From an uncultured Alphaproteobacteria bacterium (GTDB lineage Bacteria > Pseudomonadota > Alphaproteobacteria > Rhizobiales > Beijerinckiaceae), in contig CAVXVE010000003.1 in assembly GCA_963764955.1 (NCBI GenBank), forward strand, positions 625 through 24,624: a DNA stretch of 24,000 nucleotides, read 5' to 3'. The position numbers were made by a program, and so were the translations under genes. Within the stretch, counting starts at the first letter, position 1, and every line of letters begins with the position of its first letter. Of the stretch, positions 8,239 to 15,861 are shown one piece after another. The notes under the pieces were generated by a model, which was given only the letters and a program-made list of their open reading frames with translations, did not search any database and was not told the origin of the DNA.

Positions 8239-9051
8239 TCGGCGTCAAACCAGCCGCTGTTCGCTTACCAAGGCACGGACGCCAACGGCGCACAACTCTA
8301 TGATGTCACCTGGAACGATCAGGGCTCGCATCCGTTCGCCGTACGCGTGCTGGTCCCTGAACATCCGTCAACGAATTACGCGCACAGCTTCCTCTACGCG
8401 CTGCCGGTTGAAAACGGACTCACCGGGCAATCATTGGGTGACGGGCTCAATGAATTGGCGAGGCTTGACGTTGAAGATCAATACAACGCGACGATCATCG
8501 AACCCATCTTTCCCATGTACTCGTGGTATGCCGATAACCCGAATGATGCGACCATCGACTACGAGACTTTCGTCTCGTCGATCCTGCCCCAATGGGTCGA
8601 TAGCCATTTCTCCACCACTGGAGACGAGAAGAACCTGCTGATTGGGTTCTCGAAGTCCGGATACGGCGATGTCGATCTTTTGCTCAAACATCCTGACGTG
8701 TTCAGCGCCGCCGCCGCATTCGATTTTCCTGCCGATATGACGTCTTACAATTCAATGCAGTCGAGCACCGCCGATGATTACGGCACTCAGGCTAACTTCC
8801 AGAACAATTATGAATTGGACAAAAGCTTTCTTGACACCTACAAGGCCCCGTTCACCACCCAAGATCGTCTCTGGATTTCCGAGGGTCCTTTGTTTGGGTC
8901 CCAGGTCGCGGACTTTAACAAGCTGCTGACGTCGGAAGGGATTATGCACACGCTCTCCACGACGGAGGCGGGCGATGCGCATAATTGGACAAGTGGTTGG
9001 GTGTCCACTGCTGTGGCGGGTCTCTATGGCCTGGAGCAGAAGTTGGTTTGA
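7249..9051 (+). CDS. Longest uninterrupted ORF of the repeat/esterase gene (end of unit 5, units 6-7, esterase-like domain)
   Basis: 600-aa ORF in the track. Only the part from about 7390 onward is in the repeat-module frame; the first ~45 codons (TTG start) read a unit out of frame. Whether this stretch is expressed on its own is unknown. Confidence 0.45.
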   Translation: MNPLAGPRSPEFCRVACHGRSTWRLEPDRRRADGDRLRGRLEGGQPVLVWDTDASGNYLSTALGPVSGTSAALWSAETSFNDDLNSDGTIGIPPPKVIESSGSMSLVTDWTNYYLEPNGGTAVKLSYNGAPVTVGQFGAWTPIAAQQTATGYEVALEEVGANLYGVWDTDASGNFVSGPISNASGTSAALESMELSFNDDLNGDGTIGIPVPSSATLIESSGTTNLLASGNTYLIQVGSGGAVQLTYGGQPVVSGEFGGLTPIAAQQTASGFEVAWRVPGADQYQVWNTDSAGNYLSAPLSNVSGTDPALVSMETSFNHDLNNDGVIGAPSASNQPLFAYQGTDANGAQLYDVTWNDQGSHPFAVRVLVPEHPSTNYAHSFLYALPVENGLTGQSLGDGLNELARLDVEDQYNATIIEPIFPMYSWYADNPNDATIDYETFVSSILPQWVDSHFSTTGDEKNLLIGFSKSGYGDVDLLLKHPDVFSAAAAFDFPADMTSYNSMQSSTADDYGTQANFQNNYELDKSFLDTYKAPFTTQDRLWISEGPLFGSQVADFNKLLTSEGIMHTLSTTEAGDAHNWTSGWVSTAVAGLYGLEQKLV

Positions 9052-9464
9052 ACTTGTGCAGGCGCGTAAGCCGCTTGCCGGGACGGACCTCAGGGAAGGA
9101 GCAAAGGCCCTACCGCTGGACCAGCGGCGGGCGGGTGGGGATTGACGCGATAGCGCCCCGCCAGCGAGGCCGGAACCCCAAGCTTTTCGGGGTCGGATCG
9201 ACTGGGACGCCGCCCCGGGGGTGTGCCCGGCGCGGCGGGAAGGGATGGGACGCGTAAATCGCCCCGGTTACATCGCTTTCAAGAGGGATCCGGGCGCCTG
9301 TCGGGAGAAACTGTCCGACGGACATGATTAACTGACAAAATCAGAAGTTTAGCGCGCCGTGTTCCTTATAACGGAATACGTATCGTGCGTGGGTCTGCAG
9401 CAGGCGCGGATAGGCTGGGGCTGTTTGACAAGCTTGCTCAATCACAACCAGCGCGCGAGCCGGA

Positions 9465-9523
9465 GGCTTGAGGAGATTTTTTTAGTTGAATCGCTCGTAA
9501 ACCCTTTGAAAAGTCCCGATTCC
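9465..9523 (+). repeat. Short intergenic repeat, copy 1 (T7 run followed by the core CGTAAACCCTTTGAAAAGTCCCGATTC)
   Basis: It aligns in direct orientation with 17492-17550. The ~30-nt core is nearly identical apart from a 1-nt gap and about 2 mismatches, and the GGCT.GAG...ATTTTTTT leader is shared. Confidence 0.5.
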
Positions 9524-9536
9524 AAAAAAATAAACG

Positions 9537-9686
9537 CTAGAGCAACGTCGCCTTCAGATCGAATCGCAGTCGGCCGTATTGTCATTCCCGCGCAAGCAGG
9601 AATCCATAGTTCGATCAATGTCTTGCTGGATGCCCGCTTGCGCGGGCATGACACGGGGGGCGTGAGCTGATTGCGCATTGCTCTAG
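9537..9686 (+). mobile_element. 150-bp MITE/REP-like double-hairpin element, copy A
   Basis: Terminal inverted repeats are CTAGAGCAA ... TTGCTCTAG. The element is flanked by a perfect 6-bp direct duplication TAAACG (9531-9536 and 9687-9692). It has two internal GC-rich hairpins, ATTCCCGC-GCAA-GCAGGAAT and ATGCCCGC-TTGC-GCGGGCAT. There is no coding capacity. Confidence 0.7.
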
Positions 9687-10411
9687 TAAACGCCAGCTAT
9701 TCTACTACCGCTTACGAGCGTCTTGCTGGCGCTTACGCTGGTTTATTTTATTTTGTATGTCGCCGGGCGCCCCGGCCGGTTGTCGAAGCCCGAAATCATA
9801 AGTACAATGAGTTTCATGCGGCGCGTCCGGCGCCCGAAGCCGGCGGACAAAAAAAGGGCGCAGGGCATGAACTCGCGCTTAATACCCACTCTATTTGAGC
9901 GCGACTCATCGCGCTCGATTCCGCGCAACGGCGCGGGCGCGCATTCGCGCTTCGGCCACAAGGCCATGATCGGCGCCGATCATCGAGGCTCGGTATAAGC
10001 CGAGCGCGTCATCCAAACGCCACCGGCTCTTCCTATCGCGCCGTCGGAGCGTGAACTCCCGCGTCTCGATCCGCCCCGGATGCGCGAACGAGCGGCCGGA
10101 TTGCCGGGCATGCGCCGCCGCGCCGCGCGCCAATCATCGACATAAGTCTGGCAATTAGAAGTAAACAGGTGACCACTTTATTAAGCAACCCAGGTTGCGA
10201 AAAGCAAATCATCAGAACGAATGTAACGGCGTCAGAACAAAAGTCCGCTTCGCGCGGCCTGGGACGCCTTCCAATGTGACAAATCGTTGACATTGCGCTG
10301 TCTAAACCTTGACCTTCTCGATTTGAAAAGATTATTTTTAGCCAGGACACGTTGAGAACAAATTCGATTGTTATAAGATGCTCAGCGCCCACGCGAGGAG
10401 GGAGGCTGCAA

Positions 10412-10762
10412 ATGATCGTTCGTGAGATCGTCCGGACATGCTCCAATCCGCATATCGCGCGCGCCGCTGTCGCCTCCATCGGCGGCGATTTCGCGCGACG
10501 CATCTCCCGCGACGCTGAGAAACGGAATCTGAACAGCGGCCTGTTCGCAGCGGGCCTCGTTCGCCGCTTCTCCCGCCAGGCGGGCGCAAGCGACTGGGAG
10601 GGGGTCAGTGAGGCGGCGCGCGGCGCCGACCAGCCAATCCTTTCAGGCCTGCGCTACATCCTGGAACGCGGCGTCGAACTGGACGAAGACGACGCCAATC
10701 CCAGGTGGGCGTGGCGCGCATCCCCGCCCTTGTCGACCTGCTGCGAAGCCTGGCAGCATTGA
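10412..10762 (+). CDS. Hypothetical small protein (116 aa), no family recognised
   Basis: ATG has GGAGG 6 nt upstream. Third-position GC is high, as in neighbouring genes. It lies 92 bp upstream of xylB on the same strand. The longer TTG start at 10352 in the ORF track is less likely. Confidence 0.5.
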   Translation: MIVREIVRTCSNPHIARAAVASIGGDFARRISRDAEKRNLNSGLFAAGLVRRFSRQAGASDWEGVSEAARGADQPILSGLRYILERGVELDEDDANPRWAWRASPPLSTCCEAWQH

Positions 10763-10854
10763 CGAACCGGACGGGCCAAGTTTGACCTGACCCGCTTTCC
10801 TGATCCTGCTCTCATGCTTGTGGGGGACGCCGGCCCGGCGCACAATCCAATCCC

Positions 10855-12315
10855 ATGTATCTGGGGCTGGACTGTGGAACCTCCGGGCTTAAGGCGCTCC
10901 TGACCGACGAGAGCGGCCGGCCGCTCGCGAGCGCGACCCGTGCCTACGCGCCGGACCATCCGCGCCCCGGCTGGTCGGAGCAGAATCCCGACGTCTGGCT
11001 GGTCGCCATGGCCGGCGCGATCGCCGAGATCAACGACGTCGCCGGCGCCGCGGTAGGCGCGCTGAGGGCGATCGGCTTCTCGGGCCAGATGCATGGCGCT
11101 GTGGTTCTCGACCGCGCCGACAAGCCGGTTCGGCCCGCCATTCTCCATAACGACGGGCGCGCTTTTCGCGAGGCGGATGAACTCGCCCGCGACCATCCCG
11201 ATCTCGCCCGGGTCGTCGGGGTGAAGCCGATGCCGGGCTTCACCGGGCCGAAGCTCAAATGGCTCACGAGGAACGAGCCGGACAATCGCCGTCGCGTCGC
11301 CTCGCTGCTGTCGCCGAAGGACTATCTGCGCCTCAAGCTCAGCGGCGAACGAGGCTCGGACATGAGCGACGCGGCGGGGACCTGGCTTCTCGACGAGGCA
11401 AGGCGCGCCTGGTCGGCGGAAGCGTTCGCCGCCTGCGCCGCCGACCCCGCCTGGGCGCCGCCCCTGTTCGAGGGATCGGCGCCGGCCGGCCGGATCCGGC
11501 CCGAGGCCGCCGACGCGCTTGGGCTTCCGCGCGGCGTGCTGCTCGCGGCCGGCGGCGGCGACGCCGCCGTGGGCGCGGTGGGGCTGGGCGCGATCGCGCC
11601 GGGCGAAGCGTTCATCTCGCTCGGCACCGCGACGCAGCTCATCGTCGCGACCGACCGATATATGAGCGCGCCGGAAAAGCTCGTGCATTCTTTCGCCCAC
11701 GCGCTGCCAAACCGCTGGTACGCCATGGCGGCGATGCTGAACGGCGCCGGCGCGCTGGCCTTCGCCGGACGGCTGCTCAGCGCGTCGCCCGAGGCGCTCG
11801 AGCGCGAGGCGGCCGCGGATTATGCCGGCCCCGGCGCGCTTATTTTCCTGCCCTATCTCAGCGGCGAGCGAACGCCTCTCGATGACCCTTATGCGCGCGG
11901 CGTCCTGTTCGGCATGAGCGAGGCGACGTCGCGGGCCGACGTCGCCCGCGCGGTCATGGAAGGGGTCGCGCTGACGCTTGCGGACGCGCGCGATTGTCTT
12001 GGCCTTGCCGGCGCGAAAATAGAGCGCGTCGGCCTCATTGGCGGGGGCGCGAAGAGTTCTTCATGGACGCGCATGATCGCCGCCGCGACCGACTTTACCG
12101 TCCTGCGCATGAAGAGGGGCGAGACGGGCCCGGCTTACGGCGCCGCTCGTCTGGCGCGGATGGCTGCGACAGGCGAGCCGCCCGAGGTCGTCTGTCAAAA
12201 GCCGGAGATCGCCGACGTCACCGAGCCGGACGCGGAGCTTGTCGGTCTCTTCACCCGGCAGCGGGAGCGGTTCAAGGCGCTCTATGGCGCCCTGAAGCCG
12301 GAGTTCCGGAGGTAG
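10855..12315 (+). CDS. xylB: Xylulokinase (FGGY carbohydrate kinase family)
   Basis: Intact 486-aa ORF. The N-terminus MYLGLDCGTSGLKALL...GWSEQNP, the central FSGQMHG and the C-terminal GGGAKS segment are characteristic of XylB-type FGGY kinases. Confidence 0.85.
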   Translation: MYLGLDCGTSGLKALLTDESGRPLASATRAYAPDHPRPGWSEQNPDVWLVAMAGAIAEINDVAGAAVGALRAIGFSGQMHGAVVLDRADKPVRPAILHNDGRAFREADELARDHPDLARVVGVKPMPGFTGPKLKWLTRNEPDNRRRVASLLSPKDYLRLKLSGERGSDMSDAAGTWLLDEARRAWSAEAFAACAADPAWAPPLFEGSAPAGRIRPEAADALGLPRGVLLAAGGGDAAVGAVGLGAIAPGEAFISLGTATQLIVATDRYMSAPEKLVHSFAHALPNRWYAMAAMLNGAGALAFAGRLLSASPEALEREAAADYAGPGALIFLPYLSGERTPLDDPYARGVLFGMSEATSRADVARAVMEGVALTLADARDCLGLAGAKIERVGLIGGGAKSSSWTRMIAAATDFTVLRMKRGETGPAYGAARLARMAATGEPPEVVCQKPEIADVTEPDAELVGLFTRQRERFKALYGALKPEFRR

Positions 12316-12363
12316 CGACCCGCGACCCGCGGAAGGACGGGCACGCGACCCGCGGACTGCGCC

Positions 12364-13128
12364 TCACGCCGCCTGCGCCTCGATCATCATGACGTCGAGC
12401 ATAAACGAGCCGTCCGGCTCGATCGCGAAATGCGTCTTCGTTTCCCGGGAGGCGGCGTTCTGGAGCGCGCGAATCGCCTTCACATTCTCTTCCGGCGTTC
12501 GCATCCGCGCGATCCAGACGGGGAAGTCCATCCTGAGCCGCCACGTGCGGCAGGAATCGATCGTGAAGCGCGCGCGGGCGAGCGAGTCCAGCCATTGCGC
12601 GCAGGAATAGTCGCGCACGTGGGAGTGGTCGCGCAGCAATTCGATCGCCTGCAGATGCGTGTCGAACAGCGCCTGGCCCGGGGCATAGGCGTCGACGAAC
12701 ACGGCCCGGCCGCCGCGTTTCAGGGTGCGCCGCGCTTCCCGAAGCCCGGCCTCGAAATCCTGCCAGTGATGGGTGGAGAAGCGGGAGGCGACCAAGTCGA
12801 ACATCCCGTCTTCGAACGGGAGCCGCTCGGCCGGGGCTTCGGCGGTCTCGATGTTGCCGAGGCCCTTCTTGCGCGCCGTCTCGGCGACCGCCGCCAGCAT
12901 CTGGGACGACAGATCCGTCGCAATGACCCGCCGGGCATGGCGCGCGAGAACATAGGCGACGTGGCCCCCGCCGGCGCCGAGATCGAGCGCCAGCGCCGGA
13001 CTGACCTTCTTCGCCAGCGCTCCGATCGCGTCGAGGTCCGCCCCCTGGCTGTGGACCGCGCTCTCCACATAGGCTTTCGCTTGAGGACCGAACTGGGCCT
13101 CGACGACTCGCTCATGCGCCTCGATCAT
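12364..13128 (-). CDS. Class I SAM-dependent methyltransferase (Methyltransf_11-like)
   Basis: 254-aa ORF with the SAM-binding motif LDLGAGGGHV, then VIATDLS and FDLVASRFSTHH. AGGAG lies 6 nt upstream of the ATG. Confidence 0.85.
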   Translation of the reverse strand: MIEAHERVVEAQFGPQAKAYVESAVHSQGADLDAIGALAKKVSPALALDLGAGGGHVAYVLARHARRVIATDLSSQMLAAVAETARKKGLGNIETAEAPAERLPFEDGMFDLVASRFSTHHWQDFEAGLREARRTLKRGGRAVFVDAYAPGQALFDTHLQAIELLRDHSHVRDYSCAQWLDSLARARFTIDSCRTWRLRMDFPVWIARMRTPEENVKAIRALQNAASRETKTHFAIEPDGSFMLDVMMIEAQAA

Positions 13129-13213
13129 GAATGGCTCCTTTGCCCTTCCCGGACTGTTGCGTCTTAATTTACACTGTTACAAGCTCGAATTTTATCCTAT
13201 TATAAAACCTGCC
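13129..13213. promoter_or_regulatory. AT-rich divergent intergenic region between the methyltransferase and the MmyB-like regulator
   Basis: This 85-bp region is much more AT-rich than its surroundings and contains the tandem half-sites TTACACTGTTACA and TTTTATCCTATTATAAAA. A promoter or operator role is inferred from position only. Confidence 0.3.
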
Positions 13214-13987
13214 ATGCTCGAAGCGGATCAAAGGCGGCTCCTGGGCGAGTTCGTGCGCGCTCATCGCGAGCGCGTCCAGCCGATGGCCGCGACCGGGCGG
13301 CGGCGAACGTCCGGCCTCCGGCGCGAGGAGCTGGCCGCTCGGGCCGGGATCAGCGTGACCTGGTGCACATGGATCGAACAGGGCCGGCCGGTGCAGGCTT
13401 CCTCGGAGGCGCTCGGCCGCATCGCCCAGGCGCTCGCCTTGTCGAGCGCCGAGCGCGACTATCTGTTCGAGCTTGCGGGTCGTGTCGATCCGGAAGGATC
13501 CCGCGGGGCGTCCGCCGACGCGCCCCCATCCCTGATCGCTGCGGTCCAAGCGGTTCAATACCCGGCCTACGCACTCGACCGCTTCTGGAACGCGTGCGCA
13601 TGGAACGAGGCGGCGGCGCGGCTTTTTCTCGGCTGGCTCGACAGGGACTGTCAACGCAACCTCTTGCGATATGTGTTTCTCGAGCCTTCCGCCCGCGACC
13701 TCATTCCGGCGTGGAGCGACAGAGCGCGACGGCTGCTCGCCGAATTTCGCGCCGATTTCGCCCGCACGTTTCGCGACTCCCAGGTCAAGGCTTTCGTCGA
13801 AACGCTGCGGGGCGAGAGCGCGTTCTTTGCGGAAGCGTGGGACGAGCAGGCCGTTCAGATTCGCGAAGGCGGGCTTCGCCTGTTCAACCATCCGCGCGAC
13901 GGTCTGGTGCGCTTCACGCAGCACACTTTCGCCCCGACGGAGCGGCCCGACTACAAGCTCGTCATCCATACGCCCGCGGAGGACTGA
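13214..13987 (+). CDS. XRE-type helix-turn-helix regulator with an MmyB-like C-terminal ligand-binding domain
   Basis: LLGEFVRAHRERV...SGLRREELAARAGISVTWCTWIEQGR...ERDYLFELAG is followed by YPAYALDRFWNACAWNEAA...RNLLRYVFLEP...LRLFNHP, which is the MmyB-family architecture. The ATG at 13214 is preferred over the track start at 13127, which overlaps the divergent gene. Confidence 0.8.
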   Translation: MLEADQRRLLGEFVRAHRERVQPMAATGRRRTSGLRREELAARAGISVTWCTWIEQGRPVQASSEALGRIAQALALSSAERDYLFELAGRVDPEGSRGASADAPPSLIAAVQAVQYPAYALDRFWNACAWNEAAARLFLGWLDRDCQRNLLRYVFLEPSARDLIPAWSDRARRLLAEFRADFARTFRDSQVKAFVETLRGESAFFAEAWDEQAVQIREGGLRLFNHPRDGLVRFTQHTFAPTERPDYKLVIHTPAED

Positions 13988-14201
13988 CGCCTCAACGTCG
14001 GCGCCAAGCTTTCGGCCATTGCCCGGTCGAGGCGGTTTACCGGCGTCCATCGTGCAGAGCTGGCCGCCCCGGCTTTCGTCCGCCCCGCTTCCTTGAGAAA
14101 TCGTAATGCGCCAGCCAATCTCCGGATAGGCGCGCTGGTTCATTGTGCCTCCGACTGGCCGCGCATTGGTGGCCAAGAAACGAGACAATTCGGAGGTCCT
14201 G

Positions 14202-15710
14202 ATGTCTTTCTCCCAATTCACGAACCCGCGGGGACGCCGCAACGCTATCCTCGCCTCCGTCGCAGTCGCCTCGCTCGCCGTCGCCGGCGCCATGGGCGAG
14301 GGCGCGCTTGCCCCGAGCCATCCCGCTTATGCAGCGGCGGTTCCCACCGCGGATTTGCCGCAGAACACCCCGTCCTTCGCGCCTCTCATCGATCGGGTCA
14401 AAGCGGCCGTCGTGTCGGTCAAGGTCAAGATTCCAGCCGAAGACGCCGACGCCAATGTTTCCGGACAGATGGACAATCTCCCCCCGGAAATCCAGAAGTT
14501 CTTCAAGCAGTTTGGCGGCCTGCCCAACGGCGGAGCCATGCCTGAGGCCCGCCATCCGATGATGATGGGCGAAGGCTCCGGCTTCTTCATTTCGTCCGAT
14601 GGCTACATTGTCACCAATAACCATGTGGTCGACCACGCCAAATCCGTGACCGTCACCACGCAGGACGGCAAGACGCTCGACGCCAAGGTCGTCGGCACCG
14701 ATCCGAAGACCGATCTTGCTCTCATCAAGGTGAACCAGTCCGGCGATTATCCTTTCGTGACGTTCGCCAAAGAGATGCCGCGCATCGGCGACTGGGTGGT
14801 TGCGATCGGCAATCCTTACGGTCTGGGCGGCACGGTGACCGCCGGCATCGTTTCGGCCGAAGGACGCGACATCGGCGATGGGCCCTATGATCGGTTCATC
14901 CAGATCGACGCGCCGATCAACCGCGGCAACTCGGGCGGCCCGACCTTCAACATGCAGGGCCAGGTCGTCGGCGTGAACACCGCCATCTATTCGCCCTCGG
15001 GCGGCAGCGTCGGCATCGGCTTCGCCATTCCCTCGACCACGGCGGACACCGTTGTCTCGGCGCTCGAGCATGGCGGGGTCGTTCCGCGCGGCTATCTCGG
15101 CGTCAACATCCAGCCGTTCACCCAGGCGATGGCCGAGAGCGTGGGCGTGAAGAACGCCGGCGGGGCGATCGTTGACGAGACGATGCCGGGAACGCCAGCG
15201 GCCGAGGCCGGCCTCAAGCCCGGCGACGTGATCACCAAGCTCAACGGCAAGGACGTCAAGGACGCGGCGGATCTCACCCTGCGCATCGGCTCGTTCAAGC
15301 CCAATGACAAGGTCGAACTGACATATCTGCGCAACGGGGAAGAGAAGACGGCCCAGGTGACGCTCGCCGACCAGAAGAACGAGAAAGTCGCCAAGGCTGA
15401 TAACAACGCCCAGTCGCAGATGGAGAAGGGCGCCCAGCTTGGCATCCAGATCGCCCCGGCCAAGGACGTCGCCGGCGCCGGCGATAAAGGCGTCGCCATC
15501 GTTGGCGTCGATCCGAATGGAACGGCCGCGGAGCAGGGACTGGCGGCTGGCAACGTCATCCTCGACGTCTCGGGCAAGCCGGTGTCGACCCCTCAGGAGG
15601 TGAAGTCTGAAATCGAGAGCGCAAAGAGCCAGGGAAAGAAGGCGGTGATGATGCGGATTCAGACCGCCGACGGCACCCACTTCGTGGCGGTCCCGTTCCC
15701 CAAGGCGTAA
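14202..15710 (+). CDS. degP: Periplasmic serine endoprotease, DegP/DegQ/HtrA family (trypsin-like domain plus two PDZ domains)
   Basis: ATG has GGAGG 5 nt upstream and a signal-like N-terminus (AILASVAVASLAVAGAMG). Catalytic motifs are TNNHVV, DLALIKV and GNSGGP, followed by two PDZ-like segments (GAIVDET.PGTPAAEAGLKPGDVI and GVAIVGVDPNGTAAEQGLAAGNVI). Confidence 0.9.
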   Translation: MSFSQFTNPRGRRNAILASVAVASLAVAGAMGEGALAPSHPAYAAAVPTADLPQNTPSFAPLIDRVKAAVVSVKVKIPAEDADANVSGQMDNLPPEIQKFFKQFGGLPNGGAMPEARHPMMMGEGSGFFISSDGYIVTNNHVVDHAKSVTVTTQDGKTLDAKVVGTDPKTDLALIKVNQSGDYPFVTFAKEMPRIGDWVVAIGNPYGLGGTVTAGIVSAEGRDIGDGPYDRFIQIDAPINRGNSGGPTFNMQGQVVGVNTAIYSPSGGSVGIGFAIPSTTADTVVSALEHGGVVPRGYLGVNIQPFTQAMAESVGVKNAGGAIVDETMPGTPAAEAGLKPGDVITKLNGKDVKDAADLTLRIGSFKPNDKVELTYLRNGEEKTAQVTLADQKNEKVAKADNNAQSQMEKGAQLGIQIAPAKDVAGAGDKGVAIVGVDPNGTAAEQGLAAGNVILDVSGKPVSTPQEVKSEIESAKSQGKKAVMMRIQTADGTHFVAVPFPKA

Positions 15711-15735
15711 GACCCAATCATACGCCAGAGGGGGC

Positions 15736-15775
15736 GGCGGCGCGCTTTCTGGGAGGGTAGCGCGCCGCCGTTTCG
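15736..15775 (+). terminator. Candidate intrinsic terminator downstream of degP
   Basis: An 11-bp perfect stem GGCGGCGCGCT / AGCGCGCCGCC with a 12-nt loop starts 26 nt after the degP stop. It is followed by a weak T tract (GTTTCG). Confidence 0.4.
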
Positions 15776-15829
15776 AACCCGGCGCGCAAGGTTTACGGCT
15801 CGCCGGGCCGCCAGAACGACGTTCGACCG

Positions 15830-15861
15830 ACGCCGGGGCCCCACGCCCCGGCGTTTTCGTT
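15830..15861 (+). terminator. Candidate terminator hairpin between the convergent degP and membrane-protein genes
   Basis: A 9-bp stem ACGCCGGGG / CCCCGGCGT is followed by TTTTCGTTTC on the plus strand. It abuts the stop (15862-15864) of the minus-strand gene, but there is no U tract in that orientation. Confidence 0.4.

Larger units (their letters stand above)
5725..9051 (+). pseudogene. Large tandem-repeat protein (7 x ~120-aa module) with a C-terminal esterase-like alpha/beta-hydrolase domain; the 5' half is interrupted by 8 single-nt frameshifts
   Basis: ATG at 5725 has GAGGA 9 nt upstream. Repeat units can be followed through frames 1,3,1,2,3,2,3,2,1, with shifts near 5928, 6126, 6151, 6210, 6440-6485, 7137, 7277 and 7390. 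The net shift is zero (3327 nt = 1109 codons). The C-terminal ~270 aa have a nucleophile elbow G-F-S-K-S-G (about 8644-8661) and an esterase-like layout. Confidence 0.7.

Noticed and set aside
9359-9678. ORFs 9359..9670 (+) and 9442..9678 (-), and likewise 16648..17253 (+), which encode peptides such as IPAQAGIHS, RLRGHDT and IPACAGMTIRPTAI
   Set aside because: These peptides are translations of the MITE hairpins. The same sequence is read in both orientations at the two copies, there is no RBS, and they cross repeat boundaries.
9906-10503. ORFs 9906..10133 (-), 10033..10503 (-) and 9723..9998 (+) in the gene-poor gap
   Set aside because: They have no RBS, mixed composition crossing an AT-rich stretch and no recognisable motifs, and they overlap one another in different frames. 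They could be remnants, but they cannot be supported as genes from sequence alone.
10654-11700. 348-aa minus-strand ORF opposite xylB
   Set aside because: It is an antisense shadow ORF (Arg/Gly/Pro-rich, no recognisable motifs), and xylB on the plus strand fully explains the region.
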